DNA of 63,979 nt, filler included, from Thermoplasmatota archaeon (GTDB lineage: Archaea > Thermoplasmatota > E2 > JACPAO01 > JAHFTW01), in the NCBI GenBank assembly GCA_041623215.1. It is 4 parts of 4 records of this genome, joined end to end, with 100 filler letters (N's around TTAATTAATTAA, not from the genome) between each part and the next. Parts side by side here need not be neighbours in the genome. Positions count along the whole stretch, not along the records: positions 41,129 to 61,376 come from JBFJXH010000020.1; 3 more parts are not named here. One strand, 5' to 3'. Below are positions 48,608 to 56,524 of the stretch, piece after piece. The notes below the pieces were generated by a model. It made no database searches. It worked only from the letters and a program-made list of their open reading frames with translations, and was not told the origin of the DNA. The position numbers and the translations under genes are program-made. Numbering within the stretch: the stretch's first letter is position 1; each line of letters opens with the position of its first letter.

Positions 48608-48631
48608 TTGCTACCCATTCTCGGTTAGCAA
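48608..48631. promoter_or_regulatory. Palindrome TTGCTA-N12-TAGCAA upstream of the rib operon
   Basis: Perfect 6-bp inverted repeat just upstream of the TATA-like TTTTGATA (48637-48644). Confidence 0.4.
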
Positions 48632-48667
48632 CTCGCTTTTGATATGCCCCCTTTTGGTGGTCCGCCT

Positions 48668-49393
48668 ATGGACAACGTGACCGCCGCCACCCGCGCCCTC
48701 CAGCGCGGCGACCCTGTTCTTCTGTACGACGCCGACGGCCGCGAAGAAGAAGTGGACATGGTGGCCTTGGCACGCCATGCAACGCCCGACCTGCTACGGC
48801 GCCTGCGCCAGGACGCCGGTGGACTCGTGTGCTGCTGCGTCCCCCCCAGCTTCCACCAAGGCCTCGGCCTGCCCTTCGAAGCGGATGCCCTGCGGGCCGC
48901 CCAGGATGCCCACCCCGTCCTTGCCCATATGCATGCCAACGACTTGCAATACGACTCTTCCCCGAGCAGCTTTGGCATCACAGTCAACCACCGGTCAACG
49001 CGCACCGGCATCACCGACAACGACCGGGCAGCCACGATCCAAGCACTTGGCGACGCCGTCGGCCAACTGCCCGATGCCGCCGCCTTTGGCGCCGCCTTCC
49101 GCAGCCCCGGCCACGTTCACCTTCTCAATGGACATGTGGACGGAGTTACCGGCCGCCAAGGCCACACGGAACTAAGCCTCGAACTAGCACGACAGGCGGG
49201 AGAGGATGACCCGTGCACCGTCATCTGCGAAATGCTAGGCCCCGATGGGAACGCCTTGGACCTAGCGGGCGCCCGCGCCTACGCTCAAACCCACGGCTTG
49301 GTGCTCCTTGACGGTGCCGATGTTCTGGCCGCTTGCCAGGGAGCCGACGCGGCCGCAGGCATGAAGTCCCAAGCGGCGCTCGGCGCAGCGTGA
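48668..49393 (+). CDS. ribB: 3,4-dihydroxy-2-butanone-4-phosphate synthase (archaeal type)
   Basis: YDADGREEEVD, DAGGL.C, TGITDNDRA, FRSPGHV, RQGHTE, CEML. Confidence 0.94.
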   Translation: MDNVTAATRALQRGDPVLLYDADGREEEVDMVALARHATPDLLRRLRQDAGGLVCCCVPPSFHQGLGLPFEADALRAAQDAHPVLAHMHANDLQYDSSPSSFGITVNHRSTRTGITDNDRAATIQALGDAVGQLPDAAAFGAAFRSPGHVHLLNGHVDGVTGRQGHTELSLELARQAGEDDPCTVICEMLGPDGNALDLAGARAYAQTHGLVLLDGADVLAACQGADAAAGMKSQAALGAA

Positions 49394-49899
49394 CCTCCCC
49401 TACCGGACCACCCGGCGCAACGGCCACCAGGGCGGAACCCCGCCCGCATGTCCGAGTCATGACGACGGGTGTTTTCGATCTTCTGCATCCGGGTCACGTG
49501 CACATGCTACAGGAAGCCAAAGCCCTCGGTGATGAACTGGTCGTGGTCATCGCGCGTGACGACAACGTCACCCGCGAGAAGCACGCTCCCATCACACCGG
49601 AAGAGCACCGACGCGATATGGTGGCCGCCCTCAAGCCGGTGGACACGGCGGTTCTCGGGCACCGAGCCGATTACTACCGCATCGTCGAGGAGATGCAACC
49701 AGACATCTTCGCCCTCGGCTTCGACCAGGGGTACGATGAAGCCCAAGTGGCGGCCGAATTCGACCGGCGGAACATCCAATGCAGCGTCGTGCGACTGCCC
49801 GAATACGTGGGAGACTTACAGGGCAGCCGCCGCATCATGGAGAAGATTGCCAAGCGCGCCGCCGCCGACAGCCTCTATCCTGGCAAGGAGGCTACATGA
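49390..49899 (+). CDS. ribL: FAD synthase (cytidylyltransferase family)
   Basis: GVFDLLHPGH, LVVVIARD, PDIFALGFDQ; rib operon context. Confidence 0.9.
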   Translation: MTSPTGPPGATATRAEPRPHVRVMTTGVFDLLHPGHVHMLQEAKALGDELVVVIARDDNVTREKHAPITPEEHRRDMVAALKPVDTAVLGHRADYYRIVEEMQPDIFALGFDQGYDEAQVAAEFDRRNIQCSVVRLPEYVGDLQGSRRIMEKIAKRAAADSLYPGKEAT

Positions 49900-50447
49900 C
49901 ACGCGACGCCCATCTTGCGGCGCTTGACACGATTGTGGAAACCTGGGCCGAGCGCCAAGTGGCACCGGCTCCAGGCACGGCCGTGTACGGGGTCATTGAC
50001 ACCACGTTCGCAGTGGCTCGCATGGGGCCACGCGCCATCCACCAATTGGAATCGCACGGCGTCACGGAAGACCGCATTCGCTACCTGACGGTGCCCGGAT
50101 TCAAGGACCTTGGAGTCGCCGCTCGCTCGTTACTTTCCACCGACTGCGACATCGCCATATGCTGTGGCATGGCAGGCCCTGAGCCGATTGACAAGCAGTG
50201 CGCCCAAGACGCCAGCCTCGGCATCCAACTAGCCATGCATGCAACCGGCCGACCCGCCTTGGAGGTCATTGTCCACATGGATGAAACGGACGACCCAGCC
50301 GAGCTCGTGGCCGTGGTGGATAATCGAGTCCGGGAACACGCCACCAACGCTTATTGGATGATGGAAGACCCGGCAGAATTGACGCGCCGCGCCGGCACCG
50401 GCCAACGGCAAGGATTCGAAGATGTGGGCGGCTTGGAAACGGGCTAA
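49896..50447 (+). CDS. ribC: Archaeal riboflavin synthase
   Basis: DTTFA..MG, TVPGFKDL, EVIVH.DE, EHA.N, AGTGQRQG. Confidence 0.9.
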   Translation: MTRDAHLAALDTIVETWAERQVAPAPGTAVYGVIDTTFAVARMGPRAIHQLESHGVTEDRIRYLTVPGFKDLGVAARSLLSTDCDIAICCGMAGPEPIDKQCAQDASLGIQLAMHATGRPALEVIVHMDETDDPAELVAVVDNRVREHATNAYWMMEDPAELTRRAGTGQRQGFEDVGGLETG

Positions 50448-50524
50448 GCGGTCGCCTCAGCCAGCTTTTGCCGACCTCCCAACCACAAAATAGCAGGACA
50501 ACGTGCGCAAAAGCGGGATGCACG

Positions 50525-51373
50525 ATGGATGAGAACGCGCTGGAAGCGATGATTCGCCGGCAACAACAAGCACAAGCTGGTTACGAGTCCGGCCCGAAGG
50601 CGGAATTGAAGGAGAAATCGGACGATTTCGAAGTGTACGAGCGGCCCAAGCCACAAGAACCTGAGCCGGTTGAGGAAGCGCCTGCCGCCCCCGAACCGGC
50701 CCCGGAGCCGCTGCCCAACCCTGAACCCGCCGCTGCCGCACCTTCCGTCATGGAGCCGCAGGCGCCTGAAACGGTGGACCAGGGCTTGCCCCGCGTGTTC
50801 CGTCGCCCAGAGGAATCACCGACCGTATCTTCGGCCCCAGTGGATGAGCCAGCCGCAGTCACGCCGCCACCCACCGAGCCGACGGCGTCCTCGATTCCAA
50901 GTCATGCGGAGCAGCAAGCTGCACACACCGCAAGCCACGAATCGCCAGGAGCCGGCGGAGAAGGAGCAGCCATTGCCATCGTTCAGGCGGATTTCCACCC
51001 CGATGTCACCGATGCCATGGCCAGCATGGCCGCCAGCCACGCGAAGAAGCGCGGCGCTACAGTGCCGGCCCACCTGCATGTTCCTGGTGCCTTTGACACA
51101 CCGCTTGCTACCAAGCGACTCCTCGCCCGAGACGATGTAGACGGCGTCGTCGTAATTGGGTGCGTCATCCAAGGCGAGACTGCCCACGACGAAGTTATTA
51201 CGCACGCCGTAGCGCAGCAGCTAACACGCTTGGCCTGTGAGTTTGACAAGCCCGTTGCCTTGGGCATTTCAGGACCGCGCATGACGGCTGCGCAAGCCGA
51301 AGCGCGCATCGTTATGGGACGAAATGCCATGGACGCAGCCATCGAACAAGCGCTGCTTCTGCGCCACGTCTAA
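50525..51373 (+). CDS. ribH: 6,7-dimethyl-8-ribityllumazine synthase with long N-terminal extension
   Basis: C-terminal IAIV.ADF, VPGAFD.P, GCVIQGETAHD, KPVALGISGP; about 149 aa of E/P/A-rich N-terminus. Confidence 0.9.
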   Translation: MDENALEAMIRRQQQAQAGYESGPKAELKEKSDDFEVYERPKPQEPEPVEEAPAAPEPAPEPLPNPEPAAAAPSVMEPQAPETVDQGLPRVFRRPEESPTVSSAPVDEPAAVTPPPTEPTASSIPSHAEQQAAHTASHESPGAGGEGAAIAIVQADFHPDVTDAMASMAASHAKKRGATVPAHLHVPGAFDTPLATKRLLARDDVDGVVVIGCVIQGETAHDEVITHAVAQQLTRLACEFDKPVALGISGPRMTAAQAEARIVMGRNAMDAAIEQALLLRHV

Positions 51374-51966
51374 GAGACTTGGCGGAACCTACGCACGGTA
51401 AGTTCCTCGAAGAAGAAGCGTCGTTGCAGCGCAACCTCACACCGGTAACCTGCGGCTTCCAAACGCGCTTCCAGCGGCTTGGGGTCACTGAGGCTACTGT
51501 GCACTACCAAGACGCAACGAGGCCGCGGTGTAAGCGCCGCCACTTGGTCGGCGAAGCGGAGCACCACTGCGTTGCCATCCTGCCCGCCGTCAAAGGCCAA
51601 GTTGAGTGGCCCCTGGACAACGTCATCAGGCCCCGTCGGCAGGTACGGCGGGTTGAAGGCGACGAGGTCGAAGGGGCCCGGTAATCCATGCAGAAGATCC
51701 ACTTCATGGGCGTCCAGGGCGACTCCGTTCTGGCGTGCATTGTGAAGGGCCAATTGCACGGCGTGTGGATTGGCGTCAGTGCAGGTGACCTTGGCGCCTT
51801 TCTTCGCCGCCACAACGCTGACGAAGCCTGTGCCGCAGCCAACCTCCAGGAAATTGATTCCGGGTGTCGCTTCGTTGCCAACCGCTTCCGCCAACAGCCA
51901 TGTGTCGTCGCTGGGTTCGTACACATCTGGGTGGGTGGCGAAGAAAATGCCATCGTGCTCCGGCAT
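51370..51966 (-). CDS. HemK2/MTQ2-family protein methyltransferase
   Basis: VYEPSDDT, EVGCGTG, FNPPYLP, DGG.DG. Confidence 0.9.
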   Translation of the reverse strand: MPEHDGIFFATHPDVYEPSDDTWLLAEAVGNEATPGINFLEVGCGTGFVSVVAAKKGAKVTCTDANPHAVQLALHNARQNGVALDAHEVDLLHGLPGPFDLVAFNPPYLPTGPDDVVQGPLNLAFDGGQDGNAVVLRFADQVAALTPRPRCVLVVHSSLSDPKPLEARLEAAGYRCEVALQRRFFFEELTVRRFRQVS

Positions 51967-51967
51967 G

Positions 51968-52780
51968 TTACCGCGTTCCTTCGCCTGCAGCCGGCGCTGC
52001 ACCGACAAGCTGGGAGACCAAGCTGGCAAACGTCTCGGGCGCCAATGCCTCCGGTCGTTGGTTGGCCAAGTCCAATGTGTCCAACACGGCCAGGGTCCGG
52101 TCCCGCGGGATACCATGGGACGCTACCGCGCCAGGCAAGGTATTGCGTAACTGCTTACGACGCTGACCAAACGCGCCATCCACCACCGCCCGCCACAATT
52201 TCTCATTCGCTACCAGGAACGGAGATTCTTTGTGAGGCTCTAGAACAACGACAGTGGAGCGAACCTTGGGCGGTGGGTCAAAGGCCCCAGGCGGAACATC
52301 CCGGAGGCGGCGAACACTCACCCTCCTGGCCGCGTACACGGACAAACGGCCATACGCCTTGCTCCCGGGTCCCGCCAGTAGCCGGTCCGCGAATTCCTTC
52401 TGATACATGAGCACGGCTCGGCGCCACGGCCGCGACGCTTGCAAATCCACCAGGCGGGCCGTGATGGGTCCCGAGATTTGATACGGCAAATTGCTGACAA
52501 TGATGTCGGGCGTCCCCAAATCAACCCGCATGGCATCGCCCTCGACCACGGTCAATCGAGGGTCGTCGGAGTCTCGCATGGCTGCGGCCAACGCTTCATC
52601 AAGCTCGATGCAGGTCAAGTGGCCGCCATCCCCGAGCGCATCCAAGATGCGATGCGTAAGGACCCCAGGGCCGGGCCCAATCTCCAGCACGTGATCATTG
52701 GGCTGAATGCCGGCCGCTTGCACAATGGCGTCAGCCATGCGGCCATCGCGAAGGAAATGCTGGCCGAGGCGCCGACCCAT
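51968..52780 (-). CDS. rsmA: 16S rRNA adenine dimethyltransferase
   Basis: LGQHFL, EIGPGPG.LT, SNLPYQIS, YGRLSV, PPPKV.S. Confidence 0.95.
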   Translation of the reverse strand: MGRRLGQHFLRDGRMADAIVQAAGIQPNDHVLEIGPGPGVLTHRILDALGDGGHLTCIELDEALAAAMRDSDDPRLTVVEGDAMRVDLGTPDIIVSNLPYQISGPITARLVDLQASRPWRRAVLMYQKEFADRLLAGPGSKAYGRLSVYAARRVSVRRLRDVPPGAFDPPPKVRSTVVVLEPHKESPFLVANEKLWRAVVDGAFGQRRKQLRNTLPGAVASHGIPRDRTLAVLDTLDLANQRPEALAPETFASLVSQLVGAAPAAGEGTR

Positions 52781-52801
52781 GCGCTGGCACCGCCGTCCGC
52801 T

Positions 52802-53422
52802 TTAGTAACGGCCGCGGCCGCCGCGGCCACCATAGCCGCCACGTCCGCCACCGCGCCGCGCATCCTCTTCCTTCTGCGGGGGGCGGGCGTAAATGTGGTA
52901 TTTTTCCGACTCGTCCGTGAGCTCCTTGATGATGCGGCCAATGATGACCTTCTCAGGATGCTGCATGCCGGTGCGCTCCTCAAGCTCCGCCAGCGAAGCA
53001 AAGGGCGCCTTCTTGCGCTCGTCGAGGATGTGCTCAACGGACTTTTTGCCTACGCCGGGCAGCAGTTCAAGCGCGTGGAAACGCACGCTAATCGCGGGTG
53101 CTTCGTTGAAGAAGCGTACGAAGCGCGGTTCGTCGGACTTGATGATGTCCTCGATGACGTAGGGCAATTCTCCGTGCGCCGCCGGCGTCAAGTCGCCGTA
53201 ATGGACGCGACCGCGAATCTTCTGCACAATGTTGCGCTTCTCCACGTCCTTGCCCACATAGCAACGGTCGCCGATGGTGAAGCTGACGCCGTGTTTGGGC
53301 ACCAGTTCAAACAGGGTGAATTGGGCCTCGCCAACGCCCAGGAGCGTCGGCTCACGGCGCGCCGGAGGCGCATCGGGCCGGCCATTGGGTAAGAAGTCAA
53401 GGATGTGGACGTAGTCTTCCAT
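52802..53422 (-). CDS. DUF655 family RNA-binding protein
   Basis: ILDFLP.G, FFN.A..IS.RFH.LELLPGVGKK; RGG-rich tail. Confidence 0.92.
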   Translation of the reverse strand: MEDYVHILDFLPNGRPDAPPARREPTLLGVGEAQFTLFELVPKHGVSFTIGDRCYVGKDVEKRNIVQKIRGRVHYGDLTPAAHGELPYVIEDIIKSDEPRFVRFFNEAPAISVRFHALELLPGVGKKSVEHILDERKKAPFASLAELEERTGMQHPEKVIIGRIIKELTDESEKYHIYARPPQKEEDARRGGGRGGYGGRGGRGRY

Positions 53423-53433
53423 GGAGGGAACTC

Positions 53434-53808
53434 CTATGCGACGTAGTTGGCGTCGACGATGTCAATGATCTTCTCGACCGTGTCCTCGTCCAGCTCATGG
53501 CGGCTCTTCTGGAAGATGCCGCGGACGTCATCAGGATGCAGGGGAAGCAAATCGGCCACGCGAATGGCGTACTTTTGCTCAATGCCGGGAAGCAATTCCT
53601 CCACCGCAGCGACAACCTTGGTGGCGGCCTCCACTTCGATACGAGCGAAACGGCGAGCATGCTCCATGGCAATCTTCTGCTCGTACGTCATTTCTTCCCG
53701 CGCCTCTTGCGCTTCGGTGAGCATGTGCTTGACTTCGGCGAGGCTGATGAGACGGCCTTCTTCCTCGAAGTCGTCCAGAATGACGTCTTGGTCGGCGTCG
53801 GCGCTCAT
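53434..53808 (-). CDS. rpoF: RNA polymerase subunit F (Rpo4)
   Basis: ISLAEVK, YEQKIAMEHA..F, ADLLP...DDVR; conserved position between L21e and DUF655. Confidence 0.92.
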   Translation of the reverse strand: MSADADQDVILDDFEEEGRLISLAEVKHMLTEAQEAREEMTYEQKIAMEHARRFARIEVEAATKVVAAVEELLPGIEQKYAIRVADLLPLHPDDVRGIFQKSRHELDEDTVEKIIDIVDANYVA

Positions 53809-54098
53809 TGCACAGCCTTCAAGTGTTCGCCGCGAACCACAAGCGTCTTCGGCTTGTTACCGTGCGTGATGGCGACTACGAAGGAACCGCCCTGCTTGCC
53901 CGTAACGACGCCGGTTTGGCCCTGGAAGCGCTTGTGCGTCATTCCCTTGTGGACAGCCGGATCGTTGACAATGGCGACGCGGGCGCCTTCGGCGAATTCG
54001 CGCAGGACAGCATTGGGCGTCGGGTTGCCACGGTCGCGGGGACGCTTGGAGAAAACGCCGCGAGTTTTGGAACGGAGGCCTTTGGAACGGATGGGCAT
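53805..54098 (-). CDS. rpl21e: 50S ribosomal protein L21e
   Basis: SKGLRSKTR, H.GM.HKRFQGQTG, EHLK; GGTGA Shine-Dalgarno upstream. Confidence 0.96.
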   Translation of the reverse strand: MPIRSKGLRSKTRGVFSKRPRDRGNPTPNAVLREFAEGARVAIVNDPAVHKGMTHKRFQGQTGVVTGKQGGSFVVAITHGNKPKTLVVRGEHLKAVQ

Positions 54099-54216
54099 GG
54101 TGTTCACCTGTTGCCGTCAGACCCCGGAGTAGGGGGTCCGTACGGGACGGTAAGGTGGCCTGGACTGGTCGCCGTATAAAAGGTTGAGTGAGGTTTGGGG
54201 GCGCTGCGGGCAGCCA

Positions 54217-55422
54217 CTACGCCTCATCCAAGATGCCACAAACGTCCAAAGCCTCCACGACGCAAGGCACTCCGACGACAGCCGAAAAACTCGGCTCCGT
54301 TCGGCCATCATCGCCACTCACGAGTTCCTTGATGTAGGCTCCAGAGTCGGCGTGGACCTCGAGTGTGAAGTGAGTGTCGTCCTTCCATTCGGTGACGCGA
54401 AGGCGGTGAATCTTGCGCTCCCGGACGAGGTCGGCGCGGCGGTGGCTGACGCGTTCTGGCGTGCGTTGTTGCAGGGTGACGCCCTCCATGCTGGCGGCGG
54501 CCGCCACGACTGCCTCCTTGGACAAGGCGCCCTCACTGACGCAGTGGGCGAGGTAGGTCTTGTCATAGGCACCGGCCTTGATGGTGGCCACTTCCGCCTT
54601 TTCCACCATGTGCAAGCTGTTGACGCCAACGCCAGTCTTGGAAGATGATTCGTTGATGGCCTCGGCAACCGCAGCCAAATCGACGCCTGTTCGCTTGCGG
54701 GGCGACTTGACCTCGAGCACGAAGGGGCGGCCGGTGCCAAGCATGAGCGCATCAATGTCTTCTCGCCCAGCGCCGTGGAAGCTGTAGGACTCACCGGCGA
54801 AGGCCGGCAGGAGGACGCGGCCAATTTCATCTTCGACGGACGACGCGTACAAGACGCCCTCGTCGTCGCACTTGAAGCAGCCACGGCCTTGGCACGTCTT
54901 GCACGGCCAATGGGTCTGAGGAATGTCGCGGCGCGTCTTGGTGTAACGCCCCTTGATGTAGACGCTGCGAGCATCCACGCGAGCCGTCCAAAACCGTGTG
55001 TCCAGAAGGATGGCGGCCTCCGGCTCAGCCAAGTCTAGCTCGGCGCCGGTGGCCGTGGCCAGCATCGGGGCAAGCAAGCGGTTCGCCTCGGTGCGAAGCG
55101 TATCTTTGGGCCCTTCTTCCACGACCCTTTCTTTCTCGCGCGCTTCGCAGTCGCTTGGAAACAGAGCGCCGATTTGGAAGCGCGAGAACTCGTAGTCACG
55201 CGCGGCTTCAAGGCAAGCAGCCAGCCATGATTCGACATCGGCGAAGGCACCTTCGCAAACGAGACAGTCCTCCTCCGGCACCTCAGCTTGGCCCGCTTCC
55301 AAGGCAGCCGCCGCTTGAGCTTCAAAGCCTAAGGCACCCACGATGCGACGGCCGCGGCAACGGAGGCACCAGCCGGCGAAATTGGGCCCTTCCGAGGCTT
55401 GCGCACCAATGGTTTGAGCCAT
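54217..55422 (-). CDS. pus10: tRNA pseudouridine(54/55) synthase Pus10
   Basis: GRY.K..R.IPQT.W, HGAGREDIDALM, QRTPERV.HRR, GAYIKELVSGD.GRT.PS. Confidence 0.95.
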   Translation of the reverse strand: MAQTIGAQASEGPNFAGWCLRCRGRRIVGALGFEAQAAAALEAGQAEVPEEDCLVCEGAFADVESWLAACLEAARDYEFSRFQIGALFPSDCEAREKERVVEEGPKDTLRTEANRLLAPMLATATGAELDLAEPEAAILLDTRFWTARVDARSVYIKGRYTKTRRDIPQTHWPCKTCQGRGCFKCDDEGVLYASSVEDEIGRVLLPAFAGESYSFHGAGREDIDALMLGTGRPFVLEVKSPRKRTGVDLAAVAEAINESSSKTGVGVNSLHMVEKAEVATIKAGAYDKTYLAHCVSEGALSKEAVVAAAASMEGVTLQQRTPERVSHRRADLVRERKIHRLRVTEWKDDTHFTLEVHADSGAYIKELVSGDDGRTEPSFSAVVGVPCVVEALDVCGILDEA

Positions 55423-55423
55423 G

Positions 55424-56524
55424 TCAAAGCGCCCCATAGGCGGGCACCAGTTCGCCTAATTCCAGCGTCAATTCCCATTCGCGGCGGCACCTGCATTGCA
55501 CTTTCTCCAGGCACAAGTCAAGGAACTTGACGTCCTGGGTTTCCTTGTACTTCTTGAGGTAGCCGCCAACACGTTCGTCGCAGGTGCCGCAATTGTGCGC
55601 ACCACGGTCTTGGCCTGCGGCAATGACATCCGACTTGATGACCACGCTGCGTTGGCCTCCCGCGCCGTCATCGCGTGCCGTGGCATCGGCGTCGCGCAGC
55701 GCATGGACAAGCGTCCACAGCCAGGGCGCCCGGTAGCCACCCCGGCGGTGCAGTGCATCCACCACGGTGCGGCCTTGAATGTTGGTTGGATTCAGACTGA
55801 CCACATTGCTGTGGGGTGCTGCTGCTGCAATGGTGGCGCGACTGTCGGCCAAGGCATCACATTCCTTCACGAAGGGCGGCTTGCACATGAGATATGCCTT
55901 GACCGAAACGTCGTGGCGTCGGCACGCCTCGGCCGCCTCCGGGAACGCCGCGAAAGGATGTCCCTTGTTGACGGCGTCCTTCAAGATGCGGTCGTTACTG
56001 GACTCCACGCCAATGCCAACCTCAAGGCGGTTGACAAGGGGCGCCAGGGGGGCAAAGGCGTCGTCGGTGCAGAAACCGGGCAGCGCCTCAAAAGCCACTT
56101 TGGCAGGTTGCTTTCCAATGGTGGAAAGGATGGCGACTTGGGCATCCACGGGGACTTCGTGGCGGTCGATGAAGGAGCCCGATGTGTAGATCTTCACCAA
56201 TTCTTCGCCGTCGTACTTGCGCCAGGCGCGTTCGAATTGGGCCACCAGTTGTTCGGTGCTCACTTTCTGCCACGCTGATTCGTTGGCGTAACCACACATG
56301 GTGCATCCGCCGGCTAGAGCCCACGTGCAACCGCGTGTCTTGAGGATGACGACGAGCGCCCGACACGGCTTGCCATCGAGGACGTCCTCCTCGCTCCAGC
56401 AACGAATGTATTCGGTCAAATCACCCGGGTCGTCGCGCATCGGAATGCTGGCACGAATGGCACGCGCCTCATCATTCAGCTGGGTGTTTACGAAGGCGTA
56501 GTCAACGGCTGCCTTGGCACTCAT
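55424..56524 (-). CDS. Archaeosine biosynthesis radical SAM enzyme RaSEA
   Basis: TRGCTWALAGGCTMC (CX7CX2C), KIYTSGSF, KPPF, RGAHNC; adjacent to ArcS. Confidence 0.9.
   Translation of the reverse strand: MSAKAAVDYAFVNTQLNDEARAIRASIPMRDDPGDLTEYIRCWSEEDVLDGKPCRALVVILKTRGCTWALAGGCTMCGYANESAWQKVSTEQLVAQFERAWRKYDGEELVKIYTSGSFIDRHEVPVDAQVAILSTIGKQPAKVAFEALPGFCTDDAFAPLAPLVNRLEVGIGVESSNDRILKDAVNKGHPFAAFPEAAEACRRHDVSVKAYLMCKPPFVKECDALADSRATIAAAAPHSNVVSLNPTNIQGRTVVDALHRRGGYRAPWLWTLVHALRDADATARDDGAGGQRSVVIKSDVIAAGQDRGAHNCGTCDERVGGYLKKYKETQDVKFLDLCLEKVQCRCRREWELTLELGELVPAYGAL

Noticed and set aside
48562..48667. FMN riboswitch upstream of ribB
   Set aside because: No AGGGCGGGG/GAAATTCCCGACCG-type consensus and too little room after the promoter
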